Of a DNA stretch of 64,000 nucleotides, positions 35,301-48,250 are shown piece by piece (the first letter of the stretch is position 1; the number at the start of each line of letters is the position of its first letter). Source of the stretch: Diadema antillarum (taxonomy: Eukaryota); NCBI RefSeq assembly GCF_040938485.1, contig NW_027270911.1, positions 4,650,001-4,714,000 on the forward strand, in the 5' to 3' direction. The translations under genes and the position numbers were made by a program. The notes beneath the pieces were generated by a model that made no database searches, was not told the DNA's origin, and saw only the letters and a list, made by a program, of their open reading frames with translations.

Positions 35301-38102
35301 ACAGACAGACAAAAAGATAGAGGGATAGGAGGAGAAAGAGATCGGGAGAGAGAAAAAGAACGAACGAACGGATAGGGGTTTGGCTTGAATGACAGCCACC
35401 CAACCATCACATGTCTTGCTCTGCAGAGCTGACGACGGAGTGTATCAGTGCTTTATGAATCGTTATTTTGCACGTATGAATAATTTCTCAAACAAGTCAT
35501 CCTTTTGAAGTCAGAATTTCTAGCAGTGCTTGATATTGAATATCTTCTTCTGTACATTAGATGCGGATTAAGTTGTTAAGTAGGATTTACCCAGACAGTA
35601 GAATTGTCCAAATGTCAGAGACAAATATAAACATCAAGTTTAAGAATATCAAAGGTCAAAATGTCAAATGTAAAATTGGAGAGATATAGATATCCCAGTA
35701 AGTTTTTACTTCTGTCATTTTTTATTCTTGTGGCAAATTTTTCCTCTATCATTTTTGCTCCTTTGGCATTTTTGCCACTGATGTTTTTTTCCTGTAACAT
35801 TTGTAAGTGCCTGCGTGCACACAGATAAAAAAAAAATAAAAAAAATCAATTTTGGATAGATATGAGTAGTTCAAGTGTGTTTTTAAATATTCATAGAAAT
35901 CCTTTTAATTGGTGTATGTACAGATTTCAGAAATATGCAAAATCATGTATCAGCTCTCACGTAGGCATCAAAACAAGATAAAATTGTGACAATGATTTGC
36001 CCTCTCTACTCAGTCTTCACAATCTCCACAAACTGATATACGGGAACCTGGTATACGGGGTTCCCAATATGAAGACAAGAGTGCCTGCTCTCGTGGCCTA
36101 AATTCATGTTTCATTGAGTTATAAAGTTCCCAAAAATGGGTTTGATAAAAAAGGTTAGAGTTTATTCGATTAGCATAATATGTTCTCTTTCTGTTGGAAA
36201 AATTCGTATATCACAGTATTTTTACCTTTGTTCTGATTTAGTTTGCCCTTGCTCTGCTACAAAAGTCGTATGAACATGTACATTAGCGATCAAAGCTCAT
36301 CACAGTGGATATCTGTGTTTGCTGACCCCAGTCATCGCATTCTGGTGCCTGATTTGTGTAGAACAAAAGAGTCTGTGAGCCCATAATTGCACGCTCTATT
36401 CATACATTGCATCCGATTGGTAATTTTATTGTTCAAGGGCACATGTAGTTGACCATGGGGAGGGGATACATGGACCGCTTCACTGCTTTCGCTCAGGTGG
36501 ATTACCACCTTGTCCGTTCTCTGTCGATGGGCAAAAAGAATCTCGTTTGGGGACATTGAAGGTATTTAGAGAATTGCGGAAGGAACGGGTTAATAACAAA
36601 AGTAACAAAATTAGCCATTGATATAGTAACTCAAAACAGGACAGACGAGACAAAAACAAAACAAATACAAAAATCATGAACACAGAAGTACAGCAACATT
36701 GTATGACTGCATTGTAATTTAAAGTGTATTATAGTGCTTAAAGCTGCTTTTAAATAATGAGGATACAACCAAACAGCCACAAGGGCAAATAAAGACATCA
36801 TTTTGTTACCTAGCTGCGACTATTGCATTAAACATGCAATTCAGTGATTGAAAAAGAAACACATCTTTGACAGTCACCCAGAAGAGCGAATGAATTGTCG
36901 TTTTTATTTGCTAATGGCAAAGATTGAGGGAGGGGTTATTTTTTCCAATGCCACCCCTACTTTGTACCTCTCCATTTAGAAACACCAGTGCCATTGCCTT
37001 ATGATGCAAATATTTACTGCATTGAAATGATGTTTCTGTTTACTGTACGTATGCCATATATTTTAATAGCAAGTCTTATTCTTTGCGAGTTGGTACTTCT
37101 TGACTTATCAAAAGTGGTTTGATTTGTTGTCATGGAATGTAGCGATGGATGAAGCACTGTAAGCATACATGTCTCATTCATGTGGGGATCAGAGTCAAGA
37201 ATTTTGCACAATTCATTCAATTTGCAAATTTGTGATTTATGACATTCACAAAAAATTCTACCCCCACAAAGTATGTAGAATATACAGTAGTTGATATTTT
37301 GCCATGAAATTTAGGTATGTTATCAGTCATACAGTCTACATGAACGTTTGCTCCATGACCATTCCCAGACTTTTTTTTTTTTTTTTGGGGGGGGGGGCTT
37401 GTTTTCTTGCTCTTGTTTTTGTCACGCCCAGTGAAAGAAGAGGCGGGATCGAGAAATCCAGAGGATATATGTTGGTTGTTTAGGCATTACAATTGTTAAA
37501 GTTTACCGGCAAAGGCTCTCTTTGAAGCAGACAGCTTTTCAGCTATTACAGTAACTGCCATTGTGACGGCAAAACGCAATGCGCGGAATCCACTTGTATT
37601 GTCAGAAAAGGGACGTACCTTGTAACGAGAGCCGGAGCGCCGGAAGTCGCCGCGACAGCAAAGTGATTACAGTGTCCCCGGCAGCGTGAGCTATGCAGCT
37701 AATTGCAATCAGCTGAATAATTCAAGGTTGCAATTGTTGTGAAGAGAGCATTATGAAACCGGGCCTGGATCTTAACATGTGTGCCCCTTTCCTGTTTTCT
37801 TCCGCTTTCCGCTAATAGTTTCTTGGAATGAGGTTAGTTGCTTGGCAGGCTTAGAAAAGAGTCCAGTGAGATTTCACAAACAGTCAATTGCACCAAGAAT
37901 AGGAACTTCTGGAAAGCAGGAAATGTTCACGTCATGAATTATTCACAAATTTGAACGGACGGCCTTTTTTTTCCAAACGATTTAAATTTGTTCGTAAATA
38001 TTGATGTCAAAGTGCCCTTCTAGAATTACTCTCTGTTTTGGAAGTGCCCACTTTCAGATACAACATGCATCTGTGCTTATCAGGACAATTACTCTGCAGA
38101 TC

Positions 38103-38275
38103 AATTACCCTGCTGCCCTCTCTACCATTTTAGTGATAGGGTTAGAGTGAAGATCAGGGTACGGGTTAGGGTTAGGGTAAGAATTTCGGTGTGGGTCAGG
38201 ATTAGTATAAGAATTAGGGTTTGGTATCAGGGGAAGGGTCTGGGTAATTCTCCAGGGGGTAATTTTCCTAGAACC
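38103..38275. repeat. Repeat with degenerate (TTAGGG)-like core; probable MITE remnant
   Basis: GGGTTAGGGTTAGGGTAAG core. AATTACCC at left and GGGTAATTTTCCTAGAACC at right form a partial inverted repeat. Confidence 0.45.
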
Positions 38276-39080
38276 ACACGTGGCAGTATTATTGAATGAC
38301 CGAGTGAGTATACTGTACAATCATGTGTGTATGAGTATGATCTATGCAGTTTCCCCTTTGTTCCTGGATGCAGCTACATGGATTCCACTTCATGAATCAC
38401 CATTTTTGCTTGAAGGTTTGAATCAGGATATTGAATTATTGTGATTGTGAGGATTAACATGCTTTTTCATGGACTGATAAAATTTGTTTTTCAGTTCTTG
38501 TGAGACTGTGGTTATTGAAGTTGTATATACATGTACCAACACCCAAAGATTAAGATATCCCCCGATACTGAAGGGCATAAATGTACACTTTGCAAATATT
38601 ACTTCGGCTATGACCCATCGGACACATGCAGTAGACTCATCATGAGCAATGTCCTTGATGGATCTCAAGTCTTTTTGTCAAATTTGTGCACACTTTCTGT
38701 GGATAATTAGAGTTTTGATCATAAGAAAATATCCCAAAGTTTAGATAATACATACCTGTGCAAATTGTGTTGTTCTGATGACATATGTACAGTATGAGCT
38801 TAGCAGAGATAGAGAGGGAGATGTAGAAACTTGACAGACAGAAACTTGGTTCTATTAATGCAGTGTAGAAGAAATAATGGCACATGTGAAGTGGGTATAA
38901 AGTTGTTCAGGACACATTTTTAAGTGTACCTGAAATGCATTGCCATGGTAACATTTCATCATGACACCCCCCCCCCCAAATTAGGAACAGGTGTGTGTTG
39001 CAGATAGAACCTCTTCTCCAGTTTTTATCAATGCGTTTCAAATCAAATTTGTAGAAGTATTATAGTAGTAATATTTTTGG

Positions 39081-40083
39081 TTTTTGTCAAGCCTACCGGA
39101 GATGAGGGGAGACTGAGGGATCGCCTGTGGCGTCTGTCCGTTCGTTGTCCGTCCGTCATCCGTCCGTCATCCGTCCGTCCGTCGTCTGTCCGTAACGCTA
39201 CAAAAACTTCAATAACTCTTTAGGGGGGCCTACTCTGGGCTTCAATTGCAATCAAACTTCGAGGGAAGAGGGGTCATACAAAGTTTCACATTTTACCATT
39301 ATATATGAAAGTCACCTCAAGGTCAAAGCTCACAGGCAGGGGTCAATGAACTTTTAGAACCCAATGTTAAGTTTTTATGCTGCATTTCTATTATGGGTCA
39401 TAACTTTTGATCCATAGATCCGTTTGTGACCAAACTTGGATGGTAGATGTCCCTTGGGGAGTGGATGATCACCATAAGGTCAAAGGTCACAAGCCAGGGT
39501 CAACAAACTTTTAGAGCCCAATGTTAAGTTTTTATGGCACATTTCTATTATGGGTCATAACTTTTGATCCATAGGTCCGTTTGTGACTAAACTTGGATGG
39601 TAAATGTCCCTTTGGGAGTGGATGATCACCACAAGGTCAAAGGTCACAAGCAGGGGTCAACGAAATTTTAGAGCCCAATGTCAAGTTTTTATGGCGCGTT
39701 TCTATTATGGGTCATAGCTTTTGATCCATAGGTCTGTTTGTGACTAAACTTGGATGGTAGATGTCCCTTTGGGAGTGGATGGTCACCACAAGGTCAATGG
39801 TAACAAGCAGGGGTCAACAAACTTTTAGAGCCCAATGTTAAGTTTTTATAGCGCATTTCTATACATGGGTCATAACTTTTGATCCATAGGTCCGTTTGTG
39901 ACCAAACTTGGATGGTAGATGTCCCTTGGTGAGTGGATGGTCACCACAAGGTCAGAGGTCACAGGCAGGGGTCAACAAACTTTAAGGGCCTAATGTTAAA
40001 TTTTTATGGCACGTTTCTTTTTTGCCATAAATTTTTACCCTTTTTACGCGAATGGGCGAGACACATTATGGCACTTGCCTTGT
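39081..40083 (+). mobile_element. Non-autonomous Helentron-type element (HINE), second copy
   Basis: Same 5' palindrome, (GTCC) microsatellite and core (CGTAACGCTACAAAAACTT) as the 5281 copy. Five units at 157-158 bp period (39324, 39481, 39638, 39795, 39953), then 3' GGGCGAGACAC...GGCACTTGCC. Confidence 0.75.
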
Positions 40084-41529
40084 TCATTTAGCCATGATCA
40101 TTGTTGCTACAGAGATATCCCTTCCGAGCATTGCTTGATACAGCATTATGGTACATGTGTGGATAGTTGTTGATCATGTTTCTTGATGTTTGCAGAGCTA
40201 ATTTTTCAAGAAAATGAGAATTTGAAACCTTGCACCTGTCTAATTCACAATTAGTTGCAGTAACCAGAATGTTTTGTTGGCACTAATCGTGACAATTACT
40301 GTAACAGGTGATACACAGCCTAGAGAGATGAAACAAAGGGAAAACACTATTCTTTACAAGAAATGTTCATCTGCTGTAACTGAAAATGATACAGATTTGC
40401 CCAATGCCGCTGGTGTGCATGTATACTTAATCAATCAATTTCCTGAATTGTTAAAGGCAGCGACTTTCCAATCAATGAAAGGAAACTTTTAAACATCCTT
40501 AATATCCATGAGCCGAGGTACGATCATATATTTTTCAGAGAAATCTTCAAGCAAAAGTTTGAACTCATGGCTGAGTGTGCACAATACCCCTATAAAGGTC
40601 AGATTGAGTGTTTGCCAATGATTACAAAGATCCTGACAAGTACCTTGCCTCTTTGTTTTACTTGAACCATGTATGAAAATTTCCATGTATTTGTATATCT
40701 GAAAACTTGTTCTGGTAACTTCTTAATGTTATCAGTTTGTTGAGGATATTAGCCTCATGTTTGACATCACTATAATTATTAACAACCTTTAAACTAACTC
40801 TGAGGTACAGTTAATACTTAGTGTGCTCAAGAAATAACTTCAGCTTTTGGGCACTCCATCAGATATGTAAACTTTAAACCCAGTCAAACTTTCTTTAATC
40901 AAAAGTGTATCCATGCTGTGGTAGTACTTTGCCAATGTTCCCCCAGAGTTTATTTCTTAGAAACCGTGAGAGAGAAACAAAAAAATGCAAACTTAACAGA
41001 TTTGTCTTTATGAAGCAAATAATGTCAGGATTGGCAGGAACTTCCTTTTCAGCAGCTATAAGTTTGTTTCTCAGAATACCATCAGTGATGAATCAGTCTG
41101 GTAAACATGCTTGTACCACTTTGACGATGAACCCTTGTGGAGCCACTCATTGGCTGGTGCAACCAGCTTGTAGCTCCTGTCATTGGCTGTTGTACCTCGA
41201 CTGTACGAACGCACTGACACCTGCTGATAATTGGAGTTGAACACCGCAAATTGAATTTGCTGTAACAAAAGAATCAGCCTCCTGTAAACAGAGACAGTGG
41301 CGCACGTGACGCAGGCGGCATGCATCAGAATGGCTCGGCGGGAACTTTCATCTTTGATTGAGTGCTCATTTTGATGTGAACTCGAGGCGATTCCTGAAGT
41401 TGTCCTCGAGTGGCTGTTTTTGTCTGGAGTGCCATGCTTTTCTAAACGAACTATTTTATTCCTGACTTGCCATCTCTAGGATGTGAAAAGTTTCTGCCCA
41501 TGATGTGCATATATTTTGATGGAAACCAA

Positions 41530-42010
41530 AGCCCAAATATAAATGTGGATTGAGTGAAAGGAGCAGTATTTGTAGAACACATCAGTAAAAGTTTAAGGAA
41601 AAGCGGACAATCAGTTCAAAAGTCATGAATGGTTAAGATTTTGCTGCTGTCATAGCTGGATAAGGAGACTACTACACTCAATGATGTCATTATGGACAAT
41701 AGAAAGAAAATATTTGAATTCCACAAGATATTATTTTCCTTGAAAAGTACATAGCCCATCAACTTGTTACTAACATTTGTTAAGGGTGATAGTATTCCCC
41801 CTACTTTCTGAAAGAGGTAGATGAAGTACTCTTTCATTACCCTAGAAAAGGGAAAATTTGTTGAATATTGCATATCTTTTCCTTATATTGTCTTCCACAG
41901 TGATGTAATGAAGTGTTGTAGTCTCCTTATCTAGCGAAGATGGCACCGAAACTGTAAAAATGCATTTATAACTTTTGGATTGCTGTTTTCTCTCTGTTCA
42001 CACTTACATT
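41530..42010. mobile_element. Decayed copy of the Kolobok-like family at 59154-59723
   Basis: Shares GTAGAACACATCAGT.AAAGTTT...GGACAATC.GTTCAAAAGT and TTCTGAAAGAG blocks with the 59154 copy; termini lost. Confidence 0.6.
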
Positions 42011-42292
42011 ACAGATTTTGTTTTCTGACATGGCATTTACTAGACAAAAAGTGACCGCAGTGACCGAAATCATTCAGCGCTAAAAGATGCCCTATACCCC
42101 AAGTTTGCTATATCAGAGTTGTACTGAGTTAATAAGCCTGCAAGAATGCATGGAAGGTGAACTTGCGATACTCAAGTGAACGTGAGACCTCTGGGTCTTT
42201 TGTTGTATGCTAATTCTTCATCTTCCTCAGATATTTCCCTTTTGTTTAAATAGCAGTTCGTCATTCGGTGTCCTCTTTTGAACTCTCCTCAG

Positions 42293-42538
42293 GAGGATGG
42301 TTTCTTCCCAGTCATCAGTCTCTACCACCAAGGTGAAGACGCCACACCCGTCTCTCAGTACCTCATCGACGAGGGCTTGGCTGATCCGATGAACGATGCC
42401 AGGGCGGTGCAACTTCAAGAAACTGCCACCAAGGCAGGGGCAGGAAAAGCTGCAGCAAGGGGTGGGGTCACCGTGTCCTCCGGCCAACGCAAGGAGGCGG
42501 TTTCCATGGCGCCGCCTGTGTCGGGAACAGAGGAGTGA
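42293..42538 (+). CDS. Stop-containing coding exon of the Tudor-domain protein
   Basis: Acceptor TTTTGAACTCTCCTCAG|. Phase 0 matches the donor at 22989, giving LVACVE|EDGFFPVISLYHQGEDATPVSQYLIDEGLA, the typical end of an extended-Tudor SN fold (V.L+...S+N..L+..GLA). A low-complexity tail follows, ending in TGA at 42536-42538. Confidence 0.75.
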   Translation, partial: EDGFFPVISLYHQGEDATPVSQYLIDEGLADPMNDARAVQLQETATKAGAGKAAARGGVTVSSGQRKEAVSMAPPVSGTEE

Positions 42539-45402
42539 TGGTGAGTATTCCATCTACCATGTGACCCATCACATTGTACCTCAGACACTCCTTCGTTTTT
42601 AGTAAATCTCTTGATGTAGGGCAAGTTCACGGCCTTGTTTCTGATGAACTTTGTTCATTTAATGTACATGTATCACAGTGAAATGTTGAAATGTTTCCAT
42701 GAGCTTTCCTCATTTAGTCATCAGATACATTGTCAATGTTATGTTATGTCAAAAGCATCATGTAATATGACTCAAATTACTTGGTAGTCTAGCCAAATCT
42801 TGGAAGCATTGTTTTCTGTAGATCTCGTTTGTATTTTGCTATATGTCCACTCTTCCCCCATAGCTGTGCAGAAATTGCATGTATTATTCAAGCACTTTGG
42901 TTGGATTACCTGTCCTGACAATATACTTCATTTCATTTTATGTCATTTATTGGCACACCACAAAGAATAAACCAAGTAATGTAATTGACATCTATCTCAT
43001 CAAACATTTTTTGAGCTTGTGACATTACAACCCAACTACGCCAGAGGCTTCTCAAAATCCGAGATATATTTGATGTGACAGTGCGGTTCAGAAGTAATTC
43101 ATCAAAAGCAATGCATTTTCACATACCTCCAAAGATATTCTTGGCTAGGTGCAATGCAAAGTTTGAATCCACCTCAATTTACACTCTTTTCTGTTTTTTG
43201 GTTGCCTGCAGAGACTCTGTGACTAATTACAAGGCAAAGGCATTATTCATTTTGTTTGTTTGTTTGTTTGTTCGTTCGTTTGTCTTTTCTTCCTTTCTCC
43301 CTACTCTTGATGTGAATTGCCAACTATTTCAATTACTGTAAAACGGGAAAGTTTAAAGTGCCTGAAACTTGTTGTGAATTTTGTGATGAGCCAAGATTTG
43401 CAAAAGTAAAATGCTCATAAAAGTTTTTGTCTACGCAATGCATTGAATGCCAGTGGCAATTCACGAACATTTCATGTCGCAAAAAAAGGCTGTTGGCTCC
43501 AATTCACAAAAAGTTTCATGCCGTGAATGCTTGTGGTTTTAAACTATAAAGGTAATGGTGGCAATTATAATTTAGCTACTTTCCACTATATTTCTTACAG
43601 TGTAGTCATATAGCATGATTATAGTCAAACTAGAAATATCTGTGATAGTCATTAGCAAAAAAAAAGAAGAAGAAAGAAGCAAAACAAAACAAAAAAAGAA
43701 ACGAATAAGTGAAGAATAGATTCTCTTTAGTTGATGCTTTCATAACCTGTCAGTAAAACTATATTAAAATGCCTTTCTCGCATTCCTGGCTATGCGCAAT
43801 TACATTTGCTGCCAATAAGGGAATGTTTATAAATAAAGCACAGATTAAATGAAGCATATCACTGCAAGCATCAGATTATATCACTGGCGTGGTAAACACC
43901 TGGCCCTCGGATTTCACCAGGGGTTGAAAGCCCTTAATTACAATCCATAGTCTGTCCTTCAGCTCACCCGTAATGCAATCGTGAAATGGCACGAGCAATG
44001 CAATATCTCCATCTCTAAATATAGAGCTGATATGGTGTCATCCCAGTTTTGTGATTTGTTTTCCTTTTCCTGGGAGCGAAGAAGAAATATATAAGCCGTA
44101 TCAGTATGAAATTATGATTTGCTCTGCTGCATGTGAAAAACCCTGAGAGTGCTTGGTCTGCACTATCAACAGGGGGAAAAATTGTTATGTGTAGTTTTGT
44201 TTCATGGCAAAAGATGAAAATATACTGGTGTATTCATTAACATAGATCAACTGACGGAAATGTTGCTTTCATGGCTTTTGTAATTAGATGTAGTGGCTCA
44301 CAGTATAAAATAAAAGATCAAAAATCTTTCAAAAATCAATAAAAGATCCTGGATCACTCCCAAAAGTTAGTCATCTGTTCCTAGTGTCATTATTAACTTT
44401 TCCAGCAAGTTTCATTCAAATGCATTTCCAACTTTTTTGAGTTATTTTGCAGACAGACAAACTCTCTAGAGTGGGTATTTTGAAAATGCCCCAAACAATG
44501 TCAATCTGATGAGTTTGTCTCTAGATTCTGCTGTTGTTCTTGACTGGTCCCACCTACTACATCGGGTCTTTAAACCCATTGTAGATGAATCCTGAGAATT
44601 CTCGGACAGGTGTCTATGGGAAATGTGTATTATAGTAAAGTCGGTCCATCGTCAACAGTTTAAAGACAAAAGTGTACTTGCCAGCTAGCTGTGGAAACCT
44701 TGGTGTAATATAAATATGTCAATGTGTGACATGTACATTGTACATAGTAGTGGACAGATTGCTGTGCAAGTTTAAGACTAGGTCTAGATCTACATGAGAT
44801 CTACATAATTATATACTTGTAATTTGTCTAGTCCAACATGCACAAACCATACTTAAGCTTCATACAGTGATTCGTGAACAGCCGTTGAACTGGTACAAAA
44901 CCAAGCACACACAATATGCACCCACTGTGGCAGATACAAAACAAAAGAAAAAAAAAAATGGGGGCGCCTGCCCCCCCCCCCCCCTGTAATTTCGTAAAGG
45001 CACCTCCCTTTTACGGAATTCCTGAATCCACCCTTGACCCAAAATCTTCTTTGATTGACAGTTCAACCTGCTTTAACATTGATGATCTTCACTGCGAAGA
45101 TGGCAGCAATCCTCACACCATCCTAAGGCATCATTTTGAATGCAAGATCCGTGCCCATTTAGTAATGACATTTCCTAGCGAGGCATGTTCAGTACTGTAG
45201 ATCCTGGTGCCAACAGTCAGGAGGGGAAGGGAGAATGTATAATTGCATGTCACACCGTTGGTCTTCAGAGATTTCTCCAGGAAATGCAAAAGATTTTCTT
45301 CTCAATGTCGTTCCGTTTATGAATATTTGCGCATAGGCGTCATGACCTACCCTTTAAATTCCCACATGTCACCTGTCACATTTTTCGTCTACTGATTTGC
45401 AG

Positions 45403-46645
45403 GTATCTCCCCGGCAGCCGATTGGGGTCAAAAAAGCAACAATTCGCAGTCCTTGGATAAGTTTTCCTCAACAGACTCTGCGCACAAAACGGACAGTAAG
45501 GGGAGGATTATGGAGTGCGGCTGTGGGGCAATCTGTGACGAATGAAGAAACATTTGTTGATGAGGAGAGGGAATTTCTGAACAGGACCGACAGAATTTTT
45601 TAAAGAGCCAAAAATGGTTACATTGACCCACTCTTGATCTCCCTGGGAAATGGAGCGGGCTTTGGCTGCGGCAACTTTGCAACCGCATTACGAGACTCGC
45701 TTCTTGCCCCTTCTGCCTTACGCCTTCTGATACGCCGCTGATCAGGGCATTACTTAGTATGATTGATGTTTGGCCCGGTCTCGACATGTTTGCGCTCGCA
45801 GCAGACAAACCGTGAGAGGCTGACTTTGGAAATGAGCCGTGAAGAATTTAAGACTTGGGACTTGTTTGGAAGAGTTTTGGTATTTCTTTAAAAGCCATCA
45901 TCTTAAATTGTTGCCACTCACCACTAACATTCACAAGGTTATCTGTACGAATTCTTCATTATTTGTGAGCATGCTTTGTTTTCATATGATTGAAAGACAA
46001 GGAATATCTTCACCTCTTCTGCACTTATGTCTTGTCTTTGAATATCAATTTGTCAGGGACCAGTAGCTTGTTTGTTTCTGTAAACTTGAAGAAAATGTGT
46101 TTGAGCTGATAGAGACAATCAGGTATCCAATCTGATTTTGCAGCCCTTTTCACTGACTTCCTATAGAAATTAACGAGAGAAATCTCCACCTCAACTGTAA
46201 CCCCACATGGTGCTAGCAGTGACCACAGTTTAAGTTTTTTAAAAGCTGCTCTATAAGGTGTTATTAACGGGAGGGTTTGATTTTTGTGAATTTCGCAAAT
46301 CACTTTTGGACCACAAGTTCCAACAACACCCAAAAATATATCAAAATGACAGGCATGAATGCAGCTATGATAGCCCTTGTGTCAAAATCACAAAAATAAT
46401 AAACAAATTGTATACATGGTTAACATGTTTTCTATATACTAAACAAGCTTGTATCATTGGGTACTGTAATCCATTTAACTGTTTACAATGATAGTTTACT
46501 GTTTCAATACATGTAGCTATAATATGCTTGTTACATACCAAACAAAAGGTTGTAGCATTGGTTATTGTAATCTGAGTGTATTCTACTGGCATACATCCGC
46601 ATCACAACTAACCCTTTTTTGTGTGTATTTTATGGCTTTAATAAA
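45403..46645 (+). other. Candidate terminal (probably 3' UTR) exon of the Tudor gene
   Basis: Acceptor-like TTTTTCGTCTACTGATTTGCAG| downstream of the GTGAGT donor at 42541; AATAAA at 46640-46645. Both boundaries are guesses. Confidence 0.25.
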
Positions 46646-48075
46646 GCGGGGTAAAGCATAATTCTTGATGAATTATGGTGATTCAACCAATCCCAGTGAT
46701 TTCTTCCTTTTTTTTTCAAACAAGAGTCCAGTCCATGGAGAGTTATACAGTTTCAAGAAGAAATATTATTCACTTGCAGATTTCATTGATTATTGGACAC
46801 TTTTGGTGCAAAGCATTTACACTTCGATTTCTGTGTTACACTTTTACAATTGTTGGAAAGTCATAGTGAGAAGGGGCAAAGAGATTCGATAGGTCACGTT
46901 TCCAGGAAAGTTATTTTAGTCAACTTACAGTAACAGGTCCTACTACAATTTTGAAGTTTGTTTTGAGATCAGGAATGTTGCACACCAATGATGTAGTCAC
47001 AGAATACCATTTGAGCTATTGTGGACCTCTTATCCCATGTAACTATAGATATCAGTGAAGATTCTGATCTAATACTTCAGAAAATTATCAATATATCTGA
47101 CAGAACTTACAATGTAACATTGAGTTGACTATTCTTGTACGTTGTAATCGTTTGAAATTAACGAAAAATCGGCTCGCTCATCTGAGAGTTTGGAGGGCAA
47201 GTTCTGATTACAAACTTGTATAACGCAAAAACTGAAGAGTAAGACCCCAAGCCAGGGTCGTATGAGGGTGTCTGTTGCAGTTTGGCAGAATTTATGTAGG
47301 GGATAATCGGATGTGGCTGCTAATTTTACCTGCTTTCATTGCATTTGTGTAAAAGTTGTTTACATAAATTTAAAAAAAGTACTTAAAAGGAATTGAAATA
47401 AGAATCAGTGAGAAAGGAATGTAAGATTTAGACACGAATGAGATATGATCATTGGAAACTAGTTTGATTGAAGGAAGTGCCTCTGTACAGAGCATTTTGT
47501 GACTATCAGATGGCTGCAGATGTTGTTGCCTGTACGTGGTATTACTGTATACCTTTTTTTTTTTTTTTGAGAAAAAACATTTTACTTGTTCTATTCAGAA
47601 AGAGATACAACATCTTGTCTGACAAAGTAACAGGCATGGTGTATTTCGTGTGGTGCTCAGTTTGCAAAGCATGTTTTGTTAAACATTTGTATCGAAAAAC
47701 TATGTTATATATGTTGTTCATTTATTTTGTGATTGATTTATTTGAGATACTCTCAGCTGGACAATGTAAGATTCAAGAAGTCCGCATAAAGAGTTTGGTT
47801 AAAAAAAAACTGTTGCCAAAGTTAACTCGTCTTTGTCACTGCCAATTTAATTCAGTGTTCAGTGTACTAGTTTGTGTGTGTGGTTGTATATTATGCTTGT
47901 GTATGTGTGTGCGTTTGTGTGGGAAGAGAAGAAGTAAATCAGTTGCTAGACAAATGTGTGAATGAATGAATTAAGTTACAGAAGTTAAGGGGGAGAGGAC
48001 CATTTTTTTTTCCCCTTGCAGTATAGTGTGGACCGTCCCAGTTCATAGTGGAGTGATAATGCTGCGTTGTAACTA

Positions 48076-48250
48076 CAGTGGACTCCCATTATAACGAAGT
48101 CCTTGGGACCGGCAGTTTTCTTTCTTTATATCGAAATTTCATCATAACCGAACAAATAAACAATGAAATACATAGAGCCAGATAATGTTACAGCCTGGAA
48201 TTTTATCTACATGTAGTTGTAACCTTGTTCGTTATAACAGGAGTGCACTG
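48076..48250. mobile_element. Tc1/pogo-like MITE, family shared with 62601-62789
   Basis: TA|CAGTGGACTCCCATTATAACGAA ... TTCGTTATAACAGGAGTGCACTG|TA. Confidence 0.85.

Noticed and set aside
36497-36562. Acceptor/donor-bounded ~65-nt candidate exon
   Set aside because: The frame compatible with the flanking Tudor exons contains a stop, and there is no homology clue.
38150-38240. TTAGGG repeats as an interstitial telomere
   Set aside because: Only two or three exact units, embedded in a MITE-like repeat also seen in degenerate form near 50030-50070.
45428-45808. 126-aa minus-strand ORF in a GC-richer patch
   Set aside because: No domain similarity; it overlaps the candidate plus-strand terminal exon.
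47468-47965. 165-aa ORF and similar ORFs at 29084, 49560, 50727, 52572 and 63467
   Set aside because: Mostly microsatellite, homopolymer or T-rich translations, with no recognisable domain.
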